A stretch of 64,000 nucleotides of DNA from Macrostomum lignano (Eukaryota), in NCBI GenBank assembly GCA_002269645.1, contig NIVC01000201.1, forward strand, positions 124,001-188,000, in the 5' to 3' direction. The translations under genes and the position numbers were made by a program. Positions 1 to 11,900 of this stretch are shown piece by piece. Position 1 is the first letter of the stretch. The number at the start of each line of letters is the position of its first letter. Below the pieces are notes generated by a model that had not been told where the DNA came from, did no database searches, and saw only the letters and a program-made list of their open reading frames with translations.

Positions 1-229
1 ATCAACAATAATCAATAAAATTGAAGTATAAATGATCACTGGAGGCCAAACCACAGATGCGATGCTGGTTGCTGGGATAATAATCAGGACAGTCAGACAG
101 TTAAAAAATACGCGAAATGACGCGCTGAGACAGATTGGAGGCGAGACAGAATGCAAATTGAAAATATGAAGGACTGTCACAAGAGGCCCAGACACAGAGC
201 CACAGCCTCAGGCAGACACAGATAGTTAC

Positions 230-1135
230 AGACGTTCAGGACACAGACAGTTACAGACACTCAGACACGGCTACAGACACTCAGGCACAGTTACAGACAC
301 AAGGAGCAGACAGTAGCAGACACTCAGACACAGTTACAATCAGAAGACACACAGTTACAGAAACTCGGGCGCAGTTACAGACACCGAGGCACAGTTGCAG
401 ACACAAGGAACAGACAGTTACAGACACCGAGGCACATTTGCAGACACAAGTAACAGACAGTTACAGACACCGAGGCACAGTTGCAGACACAAGGAACAGA
501 CAGTTACAGACACCGAGGCACAGTTGCAGACACAAGGAACAGACAGTTACAGACACCGAGGCACAGTTGCAGACACAAGGAACAGACAGTTACAGACACC
601 GAGGCACAGTTGCAGACACAAGGAACAGACAGTTACAGACACCGAGGCACAGTTGCAGACACAAGGAACAGACAGTTACAGACACCGAGGCACAGTTGCA
701 GACACAAGGAACAGACAGTTACAGACACCGAGTCACAGTTGCAGACACAGGAACAGAGAGTTACAGATACTCAGGACACATACAGTTACAGACACTCAGA
801 CACGGTTACAGAAACTCGGACACAGTTACGATCAGAAGACACATATAGTTACAGACACTCAGACACAGTGTTACAATCAGAAGACATACAGTTACAGACA
901 CTCAGACACAGTTACAGACACTTAGACACGGTTACAGACACAAAGAACAGACAATTACAGACACAAGACACAGTTACAGACACAGGACAGACAATTACAG
1001 ACACATGACAGACAGTTACAGACACTCGGACACAGTTAGGCAAAAAGAACAGACAGTTACAGGCACTCGGACACAATTACACACGAGACAGTTACAGACA
1101 CTCGGAAACAGTTACAGGCACAAGACACAGACAGT
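230..1135. repeat. ACAG-rich minisatellite, 43-bp core unit
   Basis: gcacagttgcagacacaaggaacagacagttacagacaccgag is repeated perfectly at about 380-750 and is degenerate on both sides. Confidence 0.93.
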
Positions 1136-1338
1136 TCCAGACACGTATGCGCTCAAGACACAAATTGAAAAAATAAAATCTCGACAAAAATGCCATGACA
1201 GAATGAATGCGCAAAAAACAGAAGCTTCAAACCAGTTTCGATCAGGTGATTTAACAAAAACATTGGCAAATATTTTAGTCTCTAGACTGCTTTAATGTGT
1301 GCTCAGATGCGGCCATGATGCGGTCGGAGGCGCCCCCT

Positions 1339-1695
1339 CTAATCCTTGACCGGATCCGGGAAGCCTTCGCTCTCATTGATGAGCGCCCTCTCCAGGATGA
1401 TCTTGCCCTCCTTGTACTGCTGGCTCTCCTCGGTGGCGAACTCGTACACCCAGCCCAGCTTGGTCTTGCACTTCCTGCAGCTCACATCGCGAACCATGTG
1501 CCTGCCTGTGAGCATCACCCGGTCCTGCAGCTCGCTAGTGTCCAGGTTCACCACCCGGTTGAACAGGAAGGCCCTACCGGTGGCACCGGTGAACCGGGTG
1601 CTAATGAGCTGCTGCCGGTTGGTGAGGGGACAGTCGCAGTTGGCGCAGCTGAACACCCGCTCGCCGCCCATGTGCTCAATGTGCAGGCGGCCCAT
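1339..1695 (-). CDS. YPEL5: Yippee-like protein 5 (CTLH/GID E3 ligase subunit), single coding exon, 118 aa
   Basis: [24 protein letters not shown]...[14 protein letters not shown]...[46 protein letters not shown] closely follows the YPEL5 sequence I recall, with both CxxC zinc pairs; candidate splice acceptor gctttcag at about 1728. Confidence 0.95.
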   Translation of the reverse strand: MGRLHIEHMGGERVFSCANCDCPLTNRQQLISTRFTGATGRAFLFNRVVNLDTSELQDRVMLTGRHMVRDVSCRKCKTKLGWVYEFATEESQQYKEGKIILERALINESEGFPDPVKD

Positions 1696-1974
1696 GCTGT
1701 AGCTAGCATTGAATTCTGAGGATTTACTGAAAGCGGCGCAGTACCCAGCGGGGCATGCATTTTAGTGACGTTTTAGCTGGTTTTGATAACTAAATTTTTG
1801 AAAAACTAGAACGTCTACTCATTTTTCAGTAGTTTGTTTGCGCACTGTCACTTAAATTTAATATGGCAGCTAAAATTTGCTTTCCTTCCTCGGGGTTTAC
1901 CGCCTGAGGAGTATATCGGATTAAGAATGAACAACAAGCATTTAACTCGATGTACACAAGTGACCGCAAGATCG

Positions 1975-2240
1975 ACGAAAACTCAGCCTTGGGATTAACA
2001 GCGAAGAATTTAGGCCGCCTAATTTAGCTCAGCCAATGAGAGAGCAGTAAGGAGAGGGCAAAGTCAGACGGACGAAAACTCAGTCCAGGGGCAGGCCTAA
2101 TCTAGCTCAGCTAATGATAAAGTAGTAAGAAGACAGGCCCAATCTAGCTCAGCCAATGAGAGCGCAGTAAGGGGAACAGGCCCAATCTAGCTCAGCCAAT
2201 GAGAGAGCAGTAAGGAGAGGGCAAAGTCAGACGGACGAAA
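1975..2240. repeat. Short tandem repeats with several CCAAT boxes upstream of YPEL5
   Basis: aatctagctcagccaatgagag..cagtaagg occurs about four times; gacggacgaaa occurs twice. Confidence 0.75.
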
Positions 2241-2423
2241 GAGGAAAGCCTAACTGTTAATCGGCCTGGCTGGGGCGCCACCCTTTTTCTCTTGCTCGCT
2301 AAGCACAGGCACTGGATTTGACTTTTTTAGTTTCCTGAAATCTTTCATTTGCTTTTACTCGTAACATAACCCCAACCAGCACTGCTTCATTTCGCACATA
2401 CAAGCGCGCCAATGCTGTACGCA

Positions 2424-2585
2424 GGCACGCACTCATACACACGCTCACACAGGGTATACAGGTATCTACACTCTCTGCCTTGGGTGGGGGGGGGGTTCCC
2501 TCATGGCTGTGAAACAGAATTGAACCAGGGCTTAGGGGTCCTCGGGTGAGAGTCAGACGCGCTTACCCTCCCACTGGCAGGCGCC
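2424..2585 (-). mobile_element. Candidate tRNA-derived SINE
   Basis: Minus strand CCAGTGGGAGGGTAAGCGCGTCTGACTCTCACC...GGTTCAATTC has A-box-like and B-box (2517-2526) motifs. The body segment 2424-2462 recurs at about 14068-14112 and 14666-14711. Confidence 0.55.
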
Positions 2586-3029
2586 TTGGTGCAAGTCTTG
2601 AAGTTACTTAGCTAACAGAAATCAATACAGTACAAAGGAGAAACTACAGCACAAAAAACTTCATTAAAACCATCATTGTATTTTTTAGTGCACAAAACGC
2701 AAGCGCTAACAGTTAAAAGAACTATATTAATACAAAAAACAACAAGCAACAGGCACAGCGCAGATTGTAAGCTTGAGAAACCAGGACTCAAAGTTCAAAT
2801 GCGCAATTACTAGGAAATCATTAGTAGGCCGGACCTTGCAGGCTCAGAGATATTTGTTGACACAGGGAAATGAATAATGAAGGCTTGAAATAAGCCTCAC
2901 GTGGAAACTTTTTAATATGAAATTTAAATGGGTGGCAATTCCTAACGGGAAATCAAAGAAGGGGTATATCAGAATCCCAAGGATTTGGAAGGCTTAAAAC
3001 ACCAAACTAAGGATTAAATAAGCTTAGAA

Positions 3030-3450
3030 TTCTAGACTGGGGATTAGGAAGGTTGAATCCCAAAACAGGGATTAGAGAGAATTATAATCCCAAAATGAAG
3101 ATTAGGGAGAATTAGAATCCCCAAATGAGGATCAGAGAGAATTAGAATCCCAAAATGAGGATTATGGAGAATTAGAAACCCAAAACAGGGATTAGATAGA
3201 ATTAGAATCCCAAAATGAGGATTAGGAAGAATTAAAATCCCAAAATGAGGATCAGAGAGAATTAGAATCCCAAATGAGGATCATGGAGAATTAGAACCCC
3301 AAAATGAGGATCAGAGATAATTAGAATCCCAAAACGAGGATTAGCGAGAATTGGAGGCTCAAAATGAGGATTACGGAAAATTACGAGATTGGGGATTAAA
3401 AGTTAGGTAGAATACCAAAATGGGGATAGGGGAGAATTAGAATCGCAGAA
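3030..3450. repeat. 30-bp minisatellite
   Basis: ggattagagagaattagaatcccaaaatga units. Confidence 0.9.
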
Positions 3451-3565
3451 TAAGGATTAAAGCTGGAACGCATTTTAAAACCCAAGCTGAGAATGGGACT
3501 TCGGCAGCCGGTCATTGAGCACGCGGGATTCTGGAAGGTTGGGCACAAAAAGTCGACCAGCCGCA

Positions 3566-5797
3566 TCAGCCGTGATCAGCCACAAACTTGACGCCCTCGT
3601 GGGTGACAGCGAACTGCCGGAGGTCGGCGGCCATCCGCAGGTCGATGCCGCTACCGTCCAGGGCCGCCTCGGCCTGCCGCCGCAGCAGCTCCACCGAGGC
3701 GTCGCTGACGGTGGGCCCGGCTCCGTCCGTGTAGCGCTGGCTGAAGTGAGTCAGCAGGAGGCATTCGGCACCGACTTGGCGGGCAAACTGGGCAGCCATG
3801 GCGGGCGTGGAGTGGCCCTTCTCCAAGCAGCTGTCAGTCAGCGAATTGTCCCCGGTGGCCTCGTGAACCACGCAGTCGACGCCGCGGCACATGTCGGCTG
3901 CCAGGTCGGAGTTGCAGGTGTCGCCGAAGACTGCCAGGCGAAGCGGCGGGGGCGGAGCAGCTGTCACCTGCGGCGGCATCCGGGTTTCCGGATCGGCTGA
4001 CTGGGTACGGACTTAAGGTCTCGGGGACTCAAGGACTCAGGGACTCAGGGACTCAAGGACTCAGACACTCAAGGACCCAGACACTCAAGGACTCAGACAC
4101 TCAAGGATTCAGACACTCAGGGACCCAGACACTCAAGGACTGACTATTGGACTGAGGTAACGCATCGAATCGAGGCTAGTAGGCTCAGCGACACGGATTT
4201 CAGACGACTCAGGGACTTCGGGTGAATCAGGGGCTTCAGGTGACTGGGGATTCAGGGGCCTCAGGTGACTGGGGATTCAGGGGCCTCAGGGGCCTCAGGT
4301 GACTGGGGATTCAGGGGCCTCAGGGGCCTCAGGTGACTGGGGATTCAGGGGCCTCAGGTGACTGGGGATTCAGGGGCCTCAGGTGACTGGGGATTCAGGT
4401 GCCTCAGGTGACTGGGATTCAGGGGCCTCAGGGGCCTCAGGGGCCTCAGGTGACTGGGGATTCAGGGGCCTCAGGTGACTGGAGATTCAGGGGCTTCAGG
4501 TGACTAGGGATTTAGGGGCTTCAGGTGACTCTGGGGATTCTGTAACTGTAAATAACTAAGGAAATTCAGGGACTTCAGGTGACTGGGGGGTCTCAGAGAC
4601 TGCAGATGAATCAGAGCTTTAACTAAGGGAATTTAGTTTCCAACTTAAGTTAGAGCCTAACCCAAGCCCATTCTCACTCACCTGCTCAGGCCTGATAACA
4701 GCCCCAGATCGGGTCGTCACGGTTCGGCCTCTCTTCAATTCGCCCAGCAGGGCAGATTCGCCAGATCTGGCCAGGCCCAGCTGGTATGCCAGCTCCGGCT
4801 GCAAGTGCCCGGTGGCCGGAGCCCGGGTGGCCAGCCTGTACCCCACACAGGGCACCCGGTGGCTGAGCGCGGCTGCCTGCACTGTGACCCCGCCGCTAGC
4901 GGCAGCGGCCTCCTGGTCGGACACGACAGTCCAAGTGCCGTCGGGTTGTCGGTCGGCATCGGCGATGTCAATCTCGTAGGGCAGGGCGGGCAGCAGGCCT
5001 TGGCGGCTGTCACTGGCGACTGCGGCAAGGATGGCCTCCATCTGGGCATTCTCGGGCGCCGGCATCAGCAGGGGGACGCCTGCGAGCTCTCGGATGGCGA
5101 GGCGAATCTGAGCAGTTCGGAGAGAGTTTTGAAAGTGAGGAGGATTGTAGCGGCTGCTTAAGCGACAGTTTGTCTGAGCACTGCGTGTTTAAACAGGCAA
5201 CGGATTGTGGATCAATGACGAGGGCCAGAGCCCAGTGGTCCAGCGCGGCGCTCTCGAGTGCCACCAGCCAGCCGCCTTGCGAGCCAACCCCTCAAACCAT
5301 ACAAGTTTCTACACCCGCAGTGGCAACTATCACAGAGAGGAGAGCAGAGAGGAGACAAGAGAGAAGGGGAGAGAGGAGATGAGGCAAGAGGAGACTCAGC
5401 CTAGAGTTGCTTTCGAGATGAAGCAGAGTACAGACTCGGGGGACCACCCCGACCTCACCCCGACCAGATCGCTTCTAGCATAAGCCAGACTCTGCCGCAG
5501 GAACTGCCGGGTACCGGGCGGCCCGCACACGGTGAGCACCGAGCCGGCCTCGCAGCGACCGCCGCCCAGGGTGCTGATAAGGCCCGGCAGGCCGAAGCTG
5601 TGATCGCCGTGCAGGTGTGTGATGAAGATGCGCGAGATTCGGCCCAGCTTCACCGGCGAGCGCATCAGCTGCACCTGAATAGACTCGCCGCAGTCGAACA
5701 GCCAGCAGTCGCCGTCGGCATGGAACCTGACGATCAGGCCGGAGGCGCAGCGGTGCGGCGACGGGTACGAGCTGGCTGTGCCCAGGAAGATCAGGTC
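3566..5797 (-). CDS. ELAC1: Short-form ribonuclease Z (RNase ZS, ELAC1-like metallo-beta-lactamase fold); exons 5797-5459, 5107-4682, 3967-3566; start codon not identified
   Basis: Motifs DLIFLGTASSYPSPHR, WLFDCGE, THLHGDH, HRVPCVGY, FGDT, HEAT, HST and THFSQRY. GT-AG junctions are all phase 0 (339+426+402 nt). The first exon begins ctgcag|GAC CTG ATC. Confidence 0.9.
4020..4590. repeat. Intronic minisatellites in RNase Z intron 2
   Basis: ggactcagacactcaa units followed by ggggcctcaggtgactggggattca units. Confidence 0.9.
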
Positions 5798-5814
5798 CTG
5801 CAGGGGCGGCGAGC

Positions 5815-6410
5815 TGGCTGAGGAGCGATTCTCATGGGGTGGCTGAGGGGCGATTCTCATGGGGTGGCTGAGGGGCGATTCTCATGGGGTGGCTGAGGGG
5901 CGATTCTCATGGGGTGGCTGAGGGGCGATTCTTATGGGGTGGCTGAGGGGCGATTCTTGTGGGGTGGCTGAGGGGCGATTCTTGTGGGGTGGTTGAGGGG
6001 CGATTCTTAGGGAGTGGCTGAGGGGCGATTCTTATGGAGTGGTTGAGGGGCGATTCTTAGGGAGTGGCTGAGGGGCGATTCTTATGGAGTGGTGGAGGAG
6101 CGATTCTTAGGGAGCGGCTGAGGGGCGATTCTTTTGGGGTGGCTGAGGGGCGATTCTTATGGAGTGGTGGAGGAGCGATTTTTCTGGGGTGGCTGAGGGG
6201 CGATTCTTTTGGGGTGGCTGAGGGGCGATTCTTTTGGGGTGGCTGAGGGGCGATTCTTATGGAGTGGTGGAGGAGCGATTCTTCTGGGGTGGCTGAGGGG
6301 CGATTCTTTTGGGGTGGCTGAGGGGCGATTCTTATGGGGTGGTGAGAGGCGATTCTCTAGGGTAACTGAGGGGCAATTCTCTGGGGTAACTGAGGGGCGA
6401 TTCTGTAGAA
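5815..6410. repeat. 25-bp minisatellite directly upstream of the RNase Z first acceptor
   Basis: ggggcgattcttatggggtggctga units. Confidence 0.93.
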
Positions 6411-7494
6411 TGACTGGCGGCCCATAGCAAAAAAGAACAAACAATAAACCAGAAAATTTGAGCGACAAAATGTTCTTATAAATAAGCAACTCTTTCCATT
6501 TTATTCCTCTGAAGGTAAGCAAAATATTGAAACAAATTAAAACAAACTATTGAATTAATGCAGAAGGAAATGAATATCTACATGCACAATAGAGGATAAC
6601 ATATCGCAGTGTCGAGTTGCTGATTGTTAATCAATGTATAGCAGTATAGGGAGATCATAAAAAGCTATATGGCTAAAATCGAGAAAGAAGCTAAAAAACA
6701 TGATAAATCACAGAAGCCAACAACAAACTTGCACGCCAAGCCGAAAAAAACATCGGGAATATCTAAAAAAAGTTATCTTAGAAACGTAAAAAATAGTTGC
6801 TTTCGTTAGAATAGAATTCTGCTACACCGTACTACTGACTGGTTGGTAAGTAGTGAAGTTTGAACATTCAATAATTACTATTTGGAGTAAAAACAAGACA
6901 TGAAGATCACATCAGAGCCTGGAGACGACAGTGAAACACAGTGGGGTCTCTCGATAAAAAACTGGGCTTTTCGGCTCTTTCAACAAGACTGAGACCGACT
7001 GGGCACAAATATTGAGGGGTAGAAAGTAAAACGAAATTTGTATGCAAAAAACTGACTGCAAATAGGCTAGCAAAATAGAAATATATAATACTACTCAGTA
7101 CCAGTAGACTATAAAAGCATTACTATTTAAAATCTGCTTGAATGAAAACAATAAGATAGACTCAGCTCAGCTAAGAATGACAATGAGAAAAAGGCCTTTA
7201 TTTAATTAGTTTACAAGGCAGAATAATGCGATGACAGGGCAAACAGATTTGTACAGAAGGAGAAAATATATTGTAAAGATTTATTAGTGAGTTTTAAATA
7301 TCAGGCTAACATCCCGCAGGAATATTTAGCACTAAAGAGTAATAAAATTTGATGACATAAATGAAAAAATGACATAAAATGGCTGTACACAGGTTGAGTT
7401 GAGGAATTATGATACTGAGCTAAGCCAATTGTAGAGAATGTATCCGTACTTCGACTTGGAGAGCTAAGCTTTATAAACATTAGATTAGATAGAG

Positions 7495-7930
7495 TTTGTG
7501 GTGGGCGCTAGAGAGCCAGTCTACATTGGGGTGGTGGGTGCTGGGTGAGAGCCAGTGTACGTTGTGGTTTTGGGCGCTGGGTAAGAGCCAGTGTACATTG
7601 GGGTGGTGGGCGCTGGGTAAGAGCCAGTGTACATTGGGGTGGTGGGTGCTGGGTAAGAGCCAGTGTACATTGGGCTGGTGGGTGCTGGGTAAGAGCCAGT
7701 GTACATTGGGGTGGTGGGCGCTGGGTAAGAGTTAGTGTACATTGGGGTGGTGGGCACTGGGTAAGAGTTAGTGTACATTGGGCTGGTGGGTGCTGGGTAA
7801 GAGCCAGTGTACATTGGGGTGGTGGGCACTGGGTAAGAGTTAGTGTACATTGGGGTGGTGGGTGCTGGGTAAGAGTTAGTGTACGAGCTACATTGGGGTG
7901 GTGGGCGCTGGGTAAGAGTCAGTGTACATT
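7495..7930. repeat. 36-bp minisatellite
   Basis: gtacattggggtggtgggtgctgggtaagagccagt units. Confidence 0.93.
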
Positions 7931-8389
7931 AAAGTGGTGAAGGCAAGAGAAATGTGCATAGATTCATGGCGAATTCCTCCGATGTGTTAAGTTTATGAAG
8001 CTCCTAGAAAAAGGCTACCGGCAATCACAAACGCATTTATAAAGTTAAAAGTACAGAATTTGCAGCGGAAAATTGTGTTAAAATGATCTGGAAAGGCCAC
8101 ATAAAAGTAGTAGCTATCTACAAGAATCGAGCGGAAGTGCTGGGCAAAGTTCAATCAACCTTGACAATTAGGCATCCATGGCAAACAGCAAGCGATGGAA
8201 TCCAGTTGGTAGAATTAAAAAACGCAATCAGGTGTGCCAACCAATGCGTGAACAATCAGCGAATGCAGATGCTGGTGAATCAGACAGTTGATGACATGCC
8301 GGTGAGTAAAGGGACAATTCTCGAAAATTTCACTGAGCCAGTAGAAAGCTCAAGTATAGGTCAGCAGCAGACGGGTCGGTGGGTCAGCA

Positions 8390-8875
8390 TCACACACGGG
8401 TCGCGTCAGTAGGACAGCATCACACACGGGTTGGTGGGCCAGCGGGTCAGCAGCACGCGGGCTAGTGGGTCAGCTGGTCAGCACCACGCGGGTCAGTGGG
8501 TCAGCAGCACGCGGTCAGTAGCACGCGGGTCAGCAGACGCGGGTCAGTAGCACGCGGGTCAGCAGACGCGGGTCAGTAGCATGCGGGTCAGTAGCACGCG
8601 GGTCAGCAGACGCGGGTCAGTAGCATGCGGGTCAGCAGCACGCGGGTCAGCAGACGCGGGTCAGTAGCATGCGGGTCAGCAGCACGCGGGTCAGTGGGTT
8701 AGCAGCACGCGGGTCAGTGGGTCAGCAGCACGCGGGTCAGCAGCACGCGGGTCAGTGGGTCAGCAGCACGCGGGTCAGTAGCACGCGGGTCAGTGGGTCA
8801 GCAGACGCGGGTCAGTAGCACGCGGGTCAGCAGACGCGGGTCAGTAGCACGCGGGTCAGCAGCACGCGGGTCAGT
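8390..8875. repeat. 13-15-bp minisatellite
   Basis: gggtcagcagcacgc units. Confidence 0.92.
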
Positions 8876-8913
8876 AGGTCGTCACTGCGCAAGTACCCAA
8901 CACTGGCGGCCTC

Positions 8914-11900
8914 TCAAGCCGCTTTCTCAATCCGCAGCGGCTCCTCGCGGGCATCCTCGTACACCGCCGTCACGGACACGACCGACAGGCCAGCGTAGCC
9001 AACGAACTCGGCTTCGTCAGCGAAAACCCCCGACGGTAGCGGTGTGTTCAGCGGGAACACTCGCTCTCGAGCCCACGGCGCGTCGATAAGGGTCTGCAGG
9101 GCCCGCGAGATGACCACCATGTCGTGCATGCTGACCAGGCCGGACTCCACCAGCTCCATGGTGATGCCGTTGGCGCGGTCCTTGCCAACAGCGAAGTCGA
9201 AGCTGATGTCCTGCAGCTCGGCGAGCCCAGCGACCGGCTGCGAGCCGAGCGTTGACGAAGAGGCTCCGGAGGCCGGCGCCGTGGCGGCGTTGTTGCTGGA
9301 TCCGTCCAGAGCGGCGGCGGCGGCGGCGGAGGTCAGGGCGCCAATAATGGAGCCGCCGCCGGCGCCAGCGACCAGACTGTCGGGGCCGGAGAGAAGAGCG
9401 GCGGCGCCGGCCGGAGACGGGGCGTCGTCTTTGCGCTTGCGCAGGCGGAACTTCAGGTAGACGCCGCGGCAGCCCGGCCTGCCGGACAGGGCGGCGCGGA
9501 GCCACGGCAGCCGGCTGTCCGAGTTGTCCTGGTCGACCTCTGCCGCTAACTCTGACACAGGGGCGGCGGCCGTCTCGGTGGCGGCAGGAGCGGCGGCGGT
9601 GGCGCCCTCGGGAACTGCCACTCGTCCTCTTCGTCGTCCTCTTTGTCGTCATTGTCCTCGACGTCGCGTTGACTGATGGCGACAGGCGTTGCCGAGTCGA
9701 CGCTGTTGCTGTCGTTCTGCTGCTGAGAGCGCCGCTTGCCAGACAGCTGCGACAGGTGATGGTGCAGGTGGTGCGAGTCGCCGCTGAGCACGGCTCGGAC
9801 AATGTACTCCTTGTCCTTGGCTTTGGCCTGCGGGGCGGGCGAGTGGGTGACTTCTGTGTAGGGAGATACTGCCATAGGGATATTTCTATTGGGGATATTC
9901 ACATAGTTATGACATTTACGGAGGGAGATATTCACATGGGGAGATATTCACATGGGATATACTCACATAGGGATATACTCACATAGGGATATACTCACAT
10001 AGGGATATACTCACATAGGGATATACTCACATAGGGATATACTCAAACGGGGATAATATTGGGATAAAATCACATGGGGTGATATTCACATGGGGATATA
10101 CTCACATAGGGATATACTCACATAGGGATATACTCAAACGGGGAAAATATTTGGAAAAAATCACATGGGGTGATATTCACATGAGGAGATATTCACATGA
10201 GGAGATATTCACATGAGGAGATATTCACATGGGGAGATATTCACATGGGGAGATATTCACATGGGGATATACTCACATAGGAATATACTCACATGGGGAT
10301 ATACTCACATAGGGATATACTCACATAGGGATATACTCACATAGGGATATACTCAAACGGGGATAATATTGGGATAAAATCACATGGGGTGATATTCACA
10401 TGGGGATATACTCACATAGGGATATACTCACAGGGATATACTCACATAGGGATATATTCAAACGGGGATAATATTGGGATAAAATCACATTGGGTGATAT
10501 TCACATGGGGATATACTCACATAGGGATATAACTCACATAGGGATATACTCACATAGGGATATAACTCACATAGGGATATACTCACATAGGGATATACTC
10601 ACATAGGGAAATACATAGGGATATACTCACATAGGGATATAACTCACATAGGGATATAACTCACATAAGGATATACTCACATAGGGAAATACATAGGGAT
10701 ATACTCACATAGGGATATAACTCACATAGGGATATAACTCACATAGGGATATACTCACATAGGGAAATACTCACATAGGGATATACTCACATAGGGATAT
10801 AACTCACATAGGGATATACTCACATAGGGAAATACTCACATAGGGATATACTCACATAGGGAAATACTCACATGGGAATAATTTTGGGATAAAATCACAT
10901 GGGGATCTATTCACACGGGGAGATTTTCCCCCATAGAGTGTACCTACGGTGCTTCATCATCTAGCCTATAATCTCACCTTAATAAAGGGATGCTGCAGCA
11001 TCTGCTTGGCGCTCGGCCTCTCCGAGTCATTCCGTACCAGACAAGCGGACACGAACTTGCGAAACTTATGCCCGTAAGCGGAGTACTGGCCCGGCTTCTC
11101 CTCCACCGAGGCCAGGTTGGGTGGGTCATTGTTCAGCGTCAAGATGATCACCTTCAGTGGCGGGAATTTGGCGTAGGGTGCACTGCCGGTCACCAGCTCC
11201 AGAGCCGTAATGCCCAGACTCCAAATATCCGCCTTGGTAGTGTAGCCGTACTGGCGCTGCTCCATCACCTGGTGAGCGGATTTGCTTATTAAGCACTTTT
11301 ACTCTTCAATGCACTGCATTTTCCGACCTGCTAACAGTGAATATATACTTAAACTCTGTATAAATTACCTACTTATAATAGAAAAACAAGTAAATTATGC
11401 TTACATTACATAATATAGTTAGAAAATATATATAGATATTGTGACTGACCTACTGATAGTAGAAAAATACGCAAATAATGCAACTGATCTACTCATAGTG
11501 TAGAAAAATACGCTAATACTGCAACTGACCTGCTGGTAGTAGAAAAATACGTAAGTAATGCAACTGACCTACTGATAGTGTAAAAAATACGCTAATACTG
11601 CAACTGATCTACTGATAGTAAAAAAATACGTAAATATTGTAACTGACCATCTGATGGTAGAAAAAATACGTAAATAATGTAACTGACCCACTGATAGTAG
11701 AAAAATACGCAAATATTGTAATTGACCTACTGATAGTAGAAAAATACGCAAATATTGTAACTGACCCACTGATAGTAGAAAAATACGCAAATATTGTAAT
11801 TGACCTACTGATAGTAGAAAAATACGCAAATAATAAAACTGACCTACTGATAGTAGAAAAATACGCAAATAATGTAACTGACCTACTGATAGAAGAAAAA

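Noticed and set aside
395-1295. ORFs of 96-176 aa
   Set aside because: They are derived from the ACAG minisatellite.
5396-5860. ATG at 5860 as the RNase Z start
   Set aside because: It lies in the 25-bp minisatellite upstream of a canonical acceptor and adds a non-conserved repeat-coded leader. It is not excluded, but disfavoured.
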